A DNA stretch of 64,000 nucleotides from Candidatus Poribacteria bacterium. GTDB taxonomy: Bacteria; Poribacteria; WGA-4E; WGA-3G. Location of the stretch: contig JAJEDN010000104.1 of assembly GCA_022821495.1 (NCBI GenBank), positions 14,043 to 78,042 of the forward strand, read 5' to 3'. The translations under genes were made by a program, and so were the position numbers. Below are positions 52,501-60,558 of this stretch, piece by piece; within the stretch, counting starts at the first letter, position 1, and every line of letters begins with the position of its first letter. The notes beneath the pieces are model-generated. The model was not told where the DNA came from. It did not search any database and saw only the letters and a list, made by a program, of their open reading frames with translations.

Positions 52501-55439
52501 ATGAACCACAAGGTATAATTGCAGATTCCGACGAAATCGTAGCCCGTAACGAAGAGGAGGGCGGATATACGGAACGGAACGTGAAACGACCCATTCGCTT
52601 GAACGAACCGCAAGAGAAAACTAAAAACATCACAGTGCAAGGTGCTACCGAAAATAACCTCAAAAACGTGGACATCGATATCCCGCACCGAAAAATGACG
52701 GCGTTGACAGGGGTCAGCGGCTCTGGAAAGACATCTCTCGCACTTGATACTATCTACGCCGAAGGACAACGTCGTTATATAGAGACCCTTAGCACCTATG
52801 CCCGTCAGTTTATAGGACAGATGGAGAAACCGAAAGTCTCAAAAATTGAGGGACTTTCACCCGCTATCGCAATTTCAAATGCAAATGCAGGTCAAAACCC
52901 ACGCTCAACGGTCGCGACAATCACCGAAATCCACGATGGACTCCGCACGCTTTACGCCAGATGGGGGAACCCCCACTGTCCTGATTGTCTTGAAGAGGTC
53001 CAACCCCAAAGTGCCGAACAAATCACACAACAGGTTTTTGAAATCCTCCCGCAAGAGCGGGTGGATGTGCTTGCCCCGCTTACGAACTTTTTACTTATTT
53101 CAGATGCCGAAGAAAGCGTGTCAAGAGGTAAAATCATTGACATCAACGCCAATGAATCCGCTTATGGACTCAAGGGAAACGAGGATTACGCCGATGTATT
53201 CAGCCGATTGCAACGCGCAGGTTTCGCACGCGTCCAAATTGATGGCGAAATTCACAGACTTGATGAAGCTCCTAAACTTAGCAAAGGCATTCGCCATGAA
53301 ATTTTTATCGTCATAGATCGCGTCGAACTCGTTGACGCAGAAAAGGCGCGGTTTACGGAAGCCGTCGAATTAGCACTCCTTCAAAGCGGAGGGTTCGTAC
53401 TCATTCAGAAGACACGTTCCACCACTCGGGCATCCACGAGTAGCAACCGATCAAAACAAAAAACCACGGAAAAACCAGAGGCGGAGCCAACTGATAAAAA
53501 ATTCTTCAGCGAACACGCCATGTGTGCTTCCTGTGGTAGTAACTTCGCACAGCTGACACCACGCCACTTCTCCTTTAACAACAAAGTCGGCGCGTGCGAC
53601 TTCTGCGACGGACGCGGCAGGAATTTACACCCACCACACGACGCATGCAACCAATGTCAAGGCACTCGTCTGAAACCCTTTCCGAGCTGTGTCATGTTTG
53701 AAGATACAACCATCGCCGAACTGATGGAAATGTCAATTACCGAAACCATTGCTTTCTTCAACGTCCGGTTGAAAGAAATTGAAACGCAAGTCGGCAATGA
53801 AACACAAAACAGTAAAGCGGATCCTTCTGTAGCGAAAGGGGTGTCAACCTCCAGAGCGACACATCCTGCACTCCATGTACACACTTCGCCTGAATTTGAA
53901 GCCGAAGTCCTCCAGCAAATTCAGATACGCCTTCAGTTCTTAGAAGATATCGGTCTCGGTTACCTCGCATTAGACCGTGGGGCACCGACGCTTTCGGGCG
54001 GCGAAATGCGTAGAATCCAACTCGCAAGTCAACTCGGCAGCGGGCTCACCGGCGTAACCTATATCCTCGACGAACCGAGCATCGGGCTACACCCGCGCGA
54101 CCAAGAACGTCTCATCAACGCGCTCAAGGAACTCCGCGATATCGGCAACAGCGTCCTCGTCGTTGAACACGATCGCGATACAATATTAGCCGCCGACCAT
54201 GTGATTGACTTCGGACCTCAGGCAGGCAAAAACGGTGGTGAGATTGTCGCTACCGGTACACCGGACACCTTCACTATAGAAGGTAAAGAGGTTTCCGAGA
54301 GCCATAAATCATTGACGCAAGCCTATCTTTCCAATGAAGTCGAAATCCGTGTTCCAAAAACGCGACGTAAAGGGACAGGCAAACAGTTGGCAATCTCCGG
54401 GGCGAAAACGAATAACCTCAAAAACATTGATGTCAAGATTCCGCTCGGAACACTCACCTGTGTAACCGGTGTTTCCGGGTGCGGAAAAAGCTCACTCGTT
54501 GAAGGCACACTCAAACCAGCACTTGAAAGTCGCAGCTCTATCAAAACCGGCGATGCCGAAGATCGCCGTTATACCCACCATATCAGCGACAACCAGCGGG
54601 AACCCATATATAACGACTACGGGGTACCGGAGTATGAAAGCATCCGCGGTGTTAGCTATATCAAGCGGCTCATCAACGTAGACCAGAAGGCGATCGGTGA
54701 AACACCGCGTTCCAATCCTGCCACTTATACCGATTTGTTCACGAAAATCCGTGAACTCTTCGCCGAGCAACAAGATGCCCAGATGCGCGGCTTCGGTATC
54801 AGTATGTTCAGCTTCAACCTTGCTGCTGGACAGTGCCACGTATGCGAGGGACACCGCTTCAATCGTATCGAGATGCATTTTCTGCCGGATGTCTGGATAC
54901 CGTGTGAAGCGTGTAATAGCACGGGTTACAATATGGATACGCTTGAGATTCGTTATAATGGGAAAAATATCGCTGAAGTCTTAGATATGACGGTAGATGA
55001 GGCACTCACATTCTTCAGTGACAGTTCACGTATCTGCCGGACACTCCAGATGTTAGCAGATGTCGGATTGGGCTACATCCAGTTAGGTCAACCCGCGACG
55101 ACACTCTCCGGCGGTGAGGCACAGCGCGTCAAACTCGCGAAAGAGTTAGCACGCCGCCAAACCGGTTCAACGCTCTATATCATGGATGAACCGACCACAG
55201 GACTCCACTTTGATGACATCCAAAAACTCCTCAAAGTTCTGAACAGGCTCGTCGATGCGGGGAACACAATCATCGCTGTGGAACACAACATCGATGTCAT
55301 CAAATCCGCAGACTGGATTATCGACTTGGGACCGGAGGGCAGTAAAGGCGGCGGAAACGTCGTTGCAATGGGCACACCAGAACAGGTCGCATCGGTCCAA
55401 GAATCCCATACGGCTCGCTTCTTACGTGAAGTCTTGTAA
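49578..55439 (+). CDS. uvrA: tandem UvrA-UvrA fusion (excinuclease ABC subunit A x2)
   Basis: Four Walker A motifs (GVSGSGKS, GVSGSGKS, GVSGSGKT, GVSGCGKS), four LSGGE signatures and zinc CxxC modules in both halves. Canonical UvrA C-terminus ...HTARFLREVL at the end. Confidence 0.88.
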   Translation: MTEASIHVQGAREHNLRNIDIQLPKDKLIVFTGVSGSGKSSLAIDTVYAEGQRRYIESLSAYARQFLGQLGKPDVDEIVGLSPSIAISQGSTGHNPRSTVATVTEIYDYLRVLYARVGQFHCPECGREVGSQTPADIVNTLLDYPERTRLIILAPIARGSRGAHEKEIEDLRNAGFVRLRVDGEIHEIRPGFALSRNQRHDIDLVIDRIIIKDGIEPRITQAVDTALLRGEGSMLVQVVPIEGEASPFVSEEDDLLFSRDYTCSHCRISFVKPEPRHFSFNNPDGMCENCRGLGVQMGILPQLIILDDTLSIMKGAISLWGSLNTQKRATEKAIAEALARHLGFDVKTPWKELTPEQQNAVLYGTGDDVLTIITQAKSTHKKRKQRRRHRVHFHGIIPAEEQKYYFDDDETDEDDFPDYFVKMPCRECEGTRLNSWTKAITINETPITDILEKSIQDATHFFNEVELPEREAFIAKELLKEIRGRLGFLIDVGLGYLTLSRPAPTLSGGEAQRIRLASQVGAGLRDVTYVLDEPSIGLHPRDHAGLLTTLLNLRNQGNTVIVVEHDEATMLVADWIIDFGPGAGIKGGKITDIGTPAQFIKESRTLTAQYLRGDKVIIQPESRRPTGDKWIQIQNARQNNLKAISPKIPIGTLCCVTGVSGSGKSSLIHDILYNALARDLMKAKTVPGDYDDIRGIIKEKDVPISNVIDKIININMAPIGRTPRSNAATYTKVFDAIRALYASLPDAKLRGYKPGRFSFNVAAGRCEACSGNGAKKVDMGLLSDVWVECEVCNGKRFNTETLAIKYKGKDIAEVLEMDIDTALVHFADIPRIARGLKLLHDVGLDYIKLGQPAPTLSGGEAQRIKLSKELSKRGTGKTLYILDEPTTGLHFDDVNKLLTILHRLVDDGNTVVVVEHNLEVINSADYLIDLGPEGGVGGGTIVAEGTPEQIAEMPESYTGQALRGDFDISSASDPNEPQGIIADSDEIVARNEEEGGYTERNVKRPIRLNEPQEKTKNITVQGATENNLKNVDIDIPHRKMTALTGVSGSGKTSLALDTIYAEGQRRYIETLSTYARQFIGQMEKPKVSKIEGLSPAIAISNANAGQNPRSTVATITEIHDGLRTLYARWGNPHCPDCLEEVQPQSAEQITQQVFEILPQERVDVLAPLTNFLLISDAEESVSRGKIIDINANESAYGLKGNEDYADVFSRLQRAGFARVQIDGEIHRLDEAPKLSKGIRHEIFIVIDRVELVDAEKARFTEAVELALLQSGGFVLIQKTRSTTRASTSSNRSKQKTTEKPEAEPTDKKFFSEHAMCASCGSNFAQLTPRHFSFNNKVGACDFCDGRGRNLHPPHDACNQCQGTRLKPFPSCVMFEDTTIAELMEMSITETIAFFNVRLKEIETQVGNETQNSKADPSVAKGVSTSRATHPALHVHTSPEFEAEVLQQIQIRLQFLEDIGLGYLALDRGAPTLSGGEMRRIQLASQLGSGLTGVTYILDEPSIGLHPRDQERLINALKELRDIGNSVLVVEHDRDTILAADHVIDFGPQAGKNGGEIVATGTPDTFTIEGKEVSESHKSLTQAYLSNEVEIRVPKTRRKGTGKQLAISGAKTNNLKNIDVKIPLGTLTCVTGVSGCGKSSLVEGTLKPALESRSSIKTGDAEDRRYTHHISDNQREPIYNDYGVPEYESIRGVSYIKRLINVDQKAIGETPRSNPATYTDLFTKIRELFAEQQDAQMRGFGISMFSFNLAAGQCHVCEGHRFNRIEMHFLPDVWIPCEACNSTGYNMDTLEIRYNGKNIAEVLDMTVDEALTFFSDSSRICRTLQMLADVGLGYIQLGQPATTLSGGEAQRVKLAKELARRQTGSTLYIMDEPTTGLHFDDIQKLLKVLNRLVDAGNTIIAVEHNIDVIKSADWIIDLGPEGSKGGGNVVAMGTPEQVASVQESHTARFLREVL
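52494..52628 (+). repeat. R2 element sequence forming the in-frame linker between the two UvrA units
   Basis: AATGAACCACAAGGTATAATT..GTAGCCCGTAACGAAGAGGAGGGCGGATATACGG..AACGTGAAACGACCC..GAACGAACCGCAAGAGAAAACTAAAAAC is collinear with 58444-58583 and 57585-57673. Confidence 0.7.
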
Positions 55440-55589
55440 CATAATTACGCATTAAGCAATCCCTTCAGAGTCTTTATCAAGCACCTGCTACGCTCCAAAT
55501 TTCCGAACTACACCCCCGAATTTCTACTTGACAAATTCTGGAATCTGTGGAATTATATTACTGTATCTATCACAAATTTCGTATCTATA

Positions 55590-56453
55590 ATGCAAATTCC
55601 AGATTACTATCAAATCTTAGAAATCGAGCGGAGTGCCACCGATCGTGAAATAAAGGGAGCCTATCGGAAACTCGCAAAACGCTACCATCCCGACAAAAAT
55701 CCGGAGCGGACCGCTTTTGCTGAGAAAATGTTCCGCGAAATCTGTAGTGCCTATAACACACTCCAAGACAAAAAACGGAAATCTGATTACGATCGGACAT
55801 TACAGACAATTGAACGGCAGCAGAAATCACAAGAAGCGTATTTCGACAAGCTGAATAGACTTGAGCATAACTACGCTAAATTAGAATTGCTGTTGCACGC
55901 ACTACTCCATCATAATTACGAAACCGGCATTTCTATGTATGAACAGTTGTGCCACCACTCCCAAGAAACTGGTAAGGAATGGTGTATTGATGATTTCCTG
56001 AGCTACGAAGAGAGTCGAGACTGCGAATTCCTCATCGCTGAAGCGTACCAAAAACTCGGATTTTCTAACGGAGCGGCATCTTCTCCACTTGAGCGACACC
56101 GAAAAATCGAACAGGCGATGCTGCTTTACGAATCCCTGCTCTCCGCTGAATCAAAACGTCCCTGCTTCAAACACTTTATTGAAGAAGTTAAAGAACGTCT
56201 CAAATTTATCTATCTCTACCACTTTAGCGTCGAAGGTTACGACGAAAGGTGTCATATCCCGTTGACGAAGATCCGCGCCTTAAAACTCCCGAAACGCGAG
56301 ACCGCATGGATGTACAAAAAAATCGCTGAATTTTATGTCGAGATCAATCAACTTCCAGAAGCACGCATCGTTCTGAAAATGGCGTTTGAACTGCAACCGC
56401 GCCTCACCGGTGCCAAAAAGATTTGCCAACGATTGAACATGGTTATTAGTTAA
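55590..56453 (+). CDS. J-domain (DnaJ-like) protein with a helical-repeat C-terminus
   Basis: DYYQILEI...AYRKLAKRYHPDKN. Confidence 0.7.
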   Translation: MQIPDYYQILEIERSATDREIKGAYRKLAKRYHPDKNPERTAFAEKMFREICSAYNTLQDKKRKSDYDRTLQTIERQQKSQEAYFDKLNRLEHNYAKLELLLHALLHHNYETGISMYEQLCHHSQETGKEWCIDDFLSYEESRDCEFLIAEAYQKLGFSNGAASSPLERHRKIEQAMLLYESLLSAESKRPCFKHFIEEVKERLKFIYLYHFSVEGYDERCHIPLTKIRALKLPKRETAWMYKKIAEFYVEINQLPEARIVLKMAFELQPRLTGAKKICQRLNMVIS

Positions 56454-56524
56454 TGGTTAATAGTTATTGGTTAATGGTAAGAGGTTTCTTGACCAACCAC
56501 CATTAACCATTAACCAACCACCAC
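56441..56524. repeat. heptamer-based imperfect inverted repeat (TTAATGG-type units)
   Basis: Left arm GGTTATTAGTTAATGGTTAATAGTTATTGGTTAATGGT. Right arm ACCAACCACCATTAACCATTAACCAACCACCAC. Overlaps the stop codon at 56451-56453. Confidence 0.55.
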
Positions 56525-56607
56525 TAAACTTTGGCCAAACAACTCGACTCCGTTATAAATGTTAAGGCACGAGTTGTTTGGTCAAAACCATCGAAAAGGA
56601 AATCCCA

Positions 56608-57495
56608 ATGCGAAAAGAGGTACGCTGGGAACGGATGTTCCCTGACGAATTGGAAGCAGCACTTAGCGAATGTCCCGCCGTCTATTTTACTTATGGGCTT
56701 TGCGAACCCCACGGTCCCCAAAACACGGTAGGACTTGATGCCCTCAAAGCACACGGCATCGCTTGTCGTGCCGCACATACGCACGGCGGCATCGTCGCGC
56801 CACCCGATTATTGGCATATCCACGAGCACGGCATGTATGCGAATTGGGCATACCGGAATGTCGGCGAAGTGCGCAGCTGGCTGACAGCAATGCCAGCCTG
56901 GCAACATTTCAAAAACGTCTGCTATCACGTCCGTGCTGCGGATGCGCTCGGATTCCACGCCGCTATCTTTCTCACCGGACACTATGGACCCAATTGGCAA
57001 GACCTCAAGACCCTTCTATCCCTAATCCAGCCGCACTTCGCTATGCAGCTTTACGGACTTCCCGACTTTGAAGCAAATACACCGGGCTTCGACCATCAAG
57101 GCAACGGTGGCGATCACGCTGGCAGAGTCGAGACCTCACTCCTGTGGGCATTGGAACCTGACTGTGTTGACATGTCACGGATGCCTGCAGCGGATGCAGA
57201 AGGACCGCATTTCGCGATGGGAGGAAACGCACCCGACTCCGACCGGCGCATCGGTGAACGTATGGTAGAAGATGAAGTCGCATGGCTCGGAAAAAAGATG
57301 CAGGAATTATTGGAGGCTTACGCACAGCAAAACATTGCTGAACGCCAACCTGTAACTTTCGAGGAAGTCGAACAGATATGGACAGAAACCGTATCCCCTG
57401 CCTTGAAAACCTTTGAGACGATGAAAAATCCAGACGAATCGCCACCGGAAGATTCACAGTGGTTCCGCCAGTGTAAACTGCCAGAACTTTCCTAA
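56608..57495 (+). CDS. creatininase-family amidohydrolase
   Basis: CEPHGPQNTVGLD and LTGHYGPN resemble the E-x-HG...D and GHGGN motifs. Moderate call. Confidence 0.5.
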   Translation: MRKEVRWERMFPDELEAALSECPAVYFTYGLCEPHGPQNTVGLDALKAHGIACRAAHTHGGIVAPPDYWHIHEHGMYANWAYRNVGEVRSWLTAMPAWQHFKNVCYHVRAADALGFHAAIFLTGHYGPNWQDLKTLLSLIQPHFAMQLYGLPDFEANTPGFDHQGNGGDHAGRVETSLLWALEPDCVDMSRMPAADAEGPHFAMGGNAPDSDRRIGERMVEDEVAWLGKKMQELLEAYAQQNIAERQPVTFEEVEQIWTETVSPALKTFETMKNPDESPPEDSQWFRQCKLPELS

Positions 57496-57584
57496 GAGAG
57501 ATTTTTAATTTTTAGGCACCTGAACTGTGCTCCATTCCACTACGCGCAGGTTTTTGGTTAAGAATGAAACATTAAATGGAAATT

Positions 57585-57673
57585 GTAGCCTGCAACAACG
57601 GCGCAGGCGGATATACGCAAAGGCACGTGAATGTCCTAACCACCCTGACCGAACCGCAAGGAATAATTAAAAA
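57585..57673 (+). repeat. R2 element ending exactly at the ATG at 57674
   Basis: GTAGCCTGCAACAACGGCGCAGGCGGATATACGCAAAGGCACGTGAATG...CCGAACCGCAAGGAATAATTAAAAA. Confidence 0.65.
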
Positions 57674-58447
57674 ATGGAAACGACAAATGGACAACTCCTT
57701 GAAAATTACCGAAAAGACGGATTCCTGACCGGCATCCACGTCGCTGAAAACGCTGAAGCTTTACATTTTCGTAAAGAATATGATGCGTTAGAAGCCGAAG
57801 TCGGTGCAGAGAAATGTGAAATCGGTCTCATTGATTGGCACTTTGATTATAAATTCATTTGGGACCTGGCAACCCATCCCAAAATCGTTGATGTCATTGA
57901 GACGCTTATCGGACCAGATGTGATGCTGTTAGCCACACACTTCTTTTGTAAGTATGGACCTCGCGAAAAATTCGTCGCATGGCACCAAGACGTGACCTAC
58001 TGGGGACTTGAGCCACCAGATGCAGTTACCGCTTGGTACGCCATAGATGATAGTGACACAGGCAACGGCTGCATGCAGGTAATCCCCGGAAGCCATCAGC
58101 GCGGCATACAAGAGCACGGAACATCAGAACAGGAAGGCAATCTGTTAAGCATCAATCAGGAAGTTCCGGTCACCGAAGCGGAAGCAGAGACTGCCGTCGA
58201 TCTTATCCTAAAGGCGGGTGAGATGTCTATCCATCACGGGCAGATAATCCATGGGAGTCTACCGAACCATTCCACGAGGCGGCGATGTGGTTTAACAGTC
58301 CGCTATATCCCACCGACAGTAAGACAAGCAGAAGATAATTCGCTGAAACGTCCATGGAAACCGATCCTACTGCGTGGCGAAGACCGACACCAAAATTTTA
58401 CCACCGTGCCGAATCCATTCCCACACCACGAAGGTTCTAAACGATGA
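57674..58447 (+). CDS. phytanoyl-CoA dioxygenase (PhyH) family protein
   Basis: Motifs WHQDVTYW, PGSHQ and HGSLPN. Confidence 0.75.
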   Translation: METTNGQLLENYRKDGFLTGIHVAENAEALHFRKEYDALEAEVGAEKCEIGLIDWHFDYKFIWDLATHPKIVDVIETLIGPDVMLLATHFFCKYGPREKFVAWHQDVTYWGLEPPDAVTAWYAIDDSDTGNGCMQVIPGSHQRGIQEHGTSEQEGNLLSINQEVPVTEAEAETAVDLILKAGEMSIHHGQIIHGSLPNHSTRRRCGLTVRYIPPTVRQAEDNSLKRPWKPILLRGEDRHQNFTTVPNPFPHHEGSKR

Positions 58448-58583
58448 AGTAGCCCGTAACGTAGTGGAGGGGTTTTTGCTTGGGCGTTTCTTCAGATATA
58501 CGGGAAGACACGTGAATGCCCAAATTTACATTACCGAACCGCAAGGAACAATTAAAAACCGAACCGCAAGGAAAATTAAAAAG
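58444..58583 (+). repeat. R2 element (with R3 module and a duplicated tail) ending exactly at the ATG at 58584
   Basis: GTAGCCCGTAACGTAGTGGAGG-[GGTTTTTGCTTGGGCGTTTCTTC]-AGATATACGGG..CACGTGAATG..CCGAACCGCAAGGAACAATTAAAAACCGAACCGCAAGGAAAATTAAAAAG. Confidence 0.7.
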
Positions 58584-59744
58584 ATGTACGATGCAATTGT
58601 GATTGGTGCTGGTGGGATGGGTAGCGCGACCGCATACCACCTCGCTAAATCTGGCGCAGATGTGCTCGTCTTAGAACAGTTCCAACGCGGGCATACCCTT
58701 GGTAGTTCACACGGAGAAACCCGTATCATCCGTTTCTTCTATGATAAGCCTTTCTACACCGAACTGATGAAAACCGCCTATGCTGAGTGGCGCGACCTTG
58801 AATCGGTATCTAAGAAATCGTTGTTGTTCATCACAGGAAGTGTCGGTATCGGTGCGAAGGGAAACCCGTATGGACGCGCTGCACGGCGCAGCTTAGATGC
58901 CGCAGGCGTTGAATCCGAGTGGTGGGATGCCACACAACTCACAGAACGTTTTCCACAATTCCGGGTGTCAAATGAGATGGACATTCTCTATCAGAAAGAC
59001 ACCGGTTTTCTCCGCGCGGCCGAGTGCGTCTCCACCCACTTGCAATTAGCAGAACAACACGGCGCGACAATTCGAGAGGAAACGCCTGTAACCAATATAG
59101 ATTGGCAAACAGATGTCCCAACTGTTCGGACCGAAAATGACTCGTTTCAGGGAAGAAAAGTTATCCTGACAGCGGGCGCGTGGGCTGGTACGCTACTCGC
59201 AGAATTGAATCTTCCACTCACGGTTACAAAACAACAGGTATGCTACTATCAACCTGCAGACAGCAAACGTTTTCAGCCAGATCGGTTTCCAGTCTTCACG
59301 GAATCAACGCCTGATGGAGAATTCATCTATGGCATTCCTGCTTTTGGTTCTTTTAATGCGGGGGGCGGACTAAAAATTGCCCGCCACGGCAGAGGACAGA
59401 TCATCTCGCCCGATACGCTTAAACGCACACCGGATGCCGATTACATCGCCCATATAGATGCTTATGTGCAAGAACGCCTCCCAGAACTCGGGAAAACTAC
59501 GCACGCCGAAGTCTGTCTCTATACCGAAACCCCAGACGAAGACTTTATCATCGACGCACACCCACACTGCTCGGATGTTTTGATTGCGGCAGGTTTTTCA
59601 GGACACGGTTTTAAATTTTGTGCACTCGTCGGACGTATTATGAGCGAACTCACACAAAACGGTGAAACCGATTTTGACATCTACCCATTTCGTATTGACC
59701 GAAAACACGAAATCTCAAGCGGTATCCCAAGACTACAATCCTAA
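58584..59744 (+). CDS. FAD-dependent oxidoreductase, monomeric sarcosine oxidase/N-methyltryptophan oxidase-like
   Basis: YDAIVIGAGGMGSATAYHLAK dinucleotide motif and C-terminal GFSGHGFK. The ORF-track extension from 58374 runs through the repeat. Confidence 0.7.
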   Translation: MYDAIVIGAGGMGSATAYHLAKSGADVLVLEQFQRGHTLGSSHGETRIIRFFYDKPFYTELMKTAYAEWRDLESVSKKSLLFITGSVGIGAKGNPYGRAARRSLDAAGVESEWWDATQLTERFPQFRVSNEMDILYQKDTGFLRAAECVSTHLQLAEQHGATIREETPVTNIDWQTDVPTVRTENDSFQGRKVILTAGAWAGTLLAELNLPLTVTKQQVCYYQPADSKRFQPDRFPVFTESTPDGEFIYGIPAFGSFNAGGGLKIARHGRGQIISPDTLKRTPDADYIAHIDAYVQERLPELGKTTHAEVCLYTETPDEDFIIDAHPHCSDVLIAAGFSGHGFKFCALVGRIMSELTQNGETDFDIYPFRIDRKHEISSGIPRLQS

Positions 59745-59789
59745 CAAAACAGACGAAAATAATTGTTGGCGCGGTTTCCGCACTTTTTC

Positions 59790-59818
59790 TTGACATTCAG
59801 GAAAATTTCGGGCATACT
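59790..59818 (+). promoter_or_regulatory. sigma70-like promoter TTGACA-17-CATACT
   Basis: Hexamers at 59790-59795 and 59813-59818, upstream of the DUF433 gene. Confidence 0.35.
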
Positions 59819-59887
59819 TTAAAAAAACAACGCGTGGTGTTATTCACAATTTTGTCGCGATTTTCTTGAGATTTAGGAGGCAAGGAA

Positions 59888-60181
59888 ATGAATCACTATA
59901 GAGAGATTATTACCATTGAACCGGATAAACGCAGCGGACAACCTTGTATTCGAGGAATGCGGATCACTGTTTACGATATTTTTGAATATCTCGCATCCGG
60001 CATGACGGTAGCAGAAATTCTTGATGATTTCCCCGAATTAACTGAGACAGACATTCGTGCCTGTTTCGCGTATGCTGCGGACAAGGAAAAATCGCAGATG
60101 GTTGTTTACACCAATGAAACTTCTATTCGACCAGAACCTATCGGACCAACTGGTAACGCTGCTGGCGGATCTGTTCCCTAA
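59888..60181 (+). CDS. DUF433 domain protein (antitoxin-like) with an extended tail
   Basis: DKRSGQPCIRGMRITVYDIFEYLASGMTVAEILDDFPELTETDIRACFAYA. The ORF runs 68 nt into the partner gene. Confidence 0.7.
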   Translation: MNHYREIITIEPDKRSGQPCIRGMRITVYDIFEYLASGMTVAEILDDFPELTETDIRACFAYAADKEKSQMVVYTNETSIRPEPIGPTGNAAGGSVP

Positions 60182-60455
60182 TTCTATACATGTCAAAACT
60201 ATTGGGTTAAATACAGCAACTGATACCGAATTATGGGATTATGCCCGCGATCATGACTACCTTATCGTGTCAAAAGACACAGATTTCAGTAGAAGAAGTG
60301 CCGTTCATGGACATCCACCAAAAGTGATTTGGATCAGGTTGGGGAACTGTGCCACACACATCGTCGAAAACATATTAAGAAATCACTATCTAAATCTCAC
60401 AACTTTTGCAAAAGATTCAAATCAAGGTCTATTCGTCCTCCTGCCGTCCGATTAA
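60114..60455 (+). CDS. DUF5615 family PIN-like protein
   Basis: MKLLFDQNLS...IVSKDTDF. The ATG at 60114 is preferred. Confidence 0.65.
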   Translation: MKLLFDQNLSDQLVTLLADLFPNSIHVKTIGLNTATDTELWDYARDHDYLIVSKDTDFSRRSAVHGHPPKVIWIRLGNCATHIVENILRNHYLNLTTFAKDSNQGLFVLLPSD

Positions 60456-60558
60456 GCCTGACAGTTATACACATAGATTTTTCACAGTTCCATCCATTAA
60501 CTCGCTTAAGAAGTGAGTTCGTTTATTTCGATTGAATTTGCTACAAGGAGACGGGACA

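Noticed and set aside
49606-55455. Many 60-160 aa ORFs within or antisense to uvrA, and likewise inside uvrC, glnD, the RM gene, the YibE/F gene and others.
   Set aside because: They lie in shadow frames of long, motif-supported genes and have no recognisable motifs.
58374-58583. N-terminal extensions in the ORF track, at 58374, 45514, 29661, 31721, 38945, 40271, 48404, 56578, 60532 and 25284.
   Set aside because: The extensions run through repeat elements or lack homology. Conserved N-terminal motifs begin right after internal ATGs, several of which have good SD sequences.
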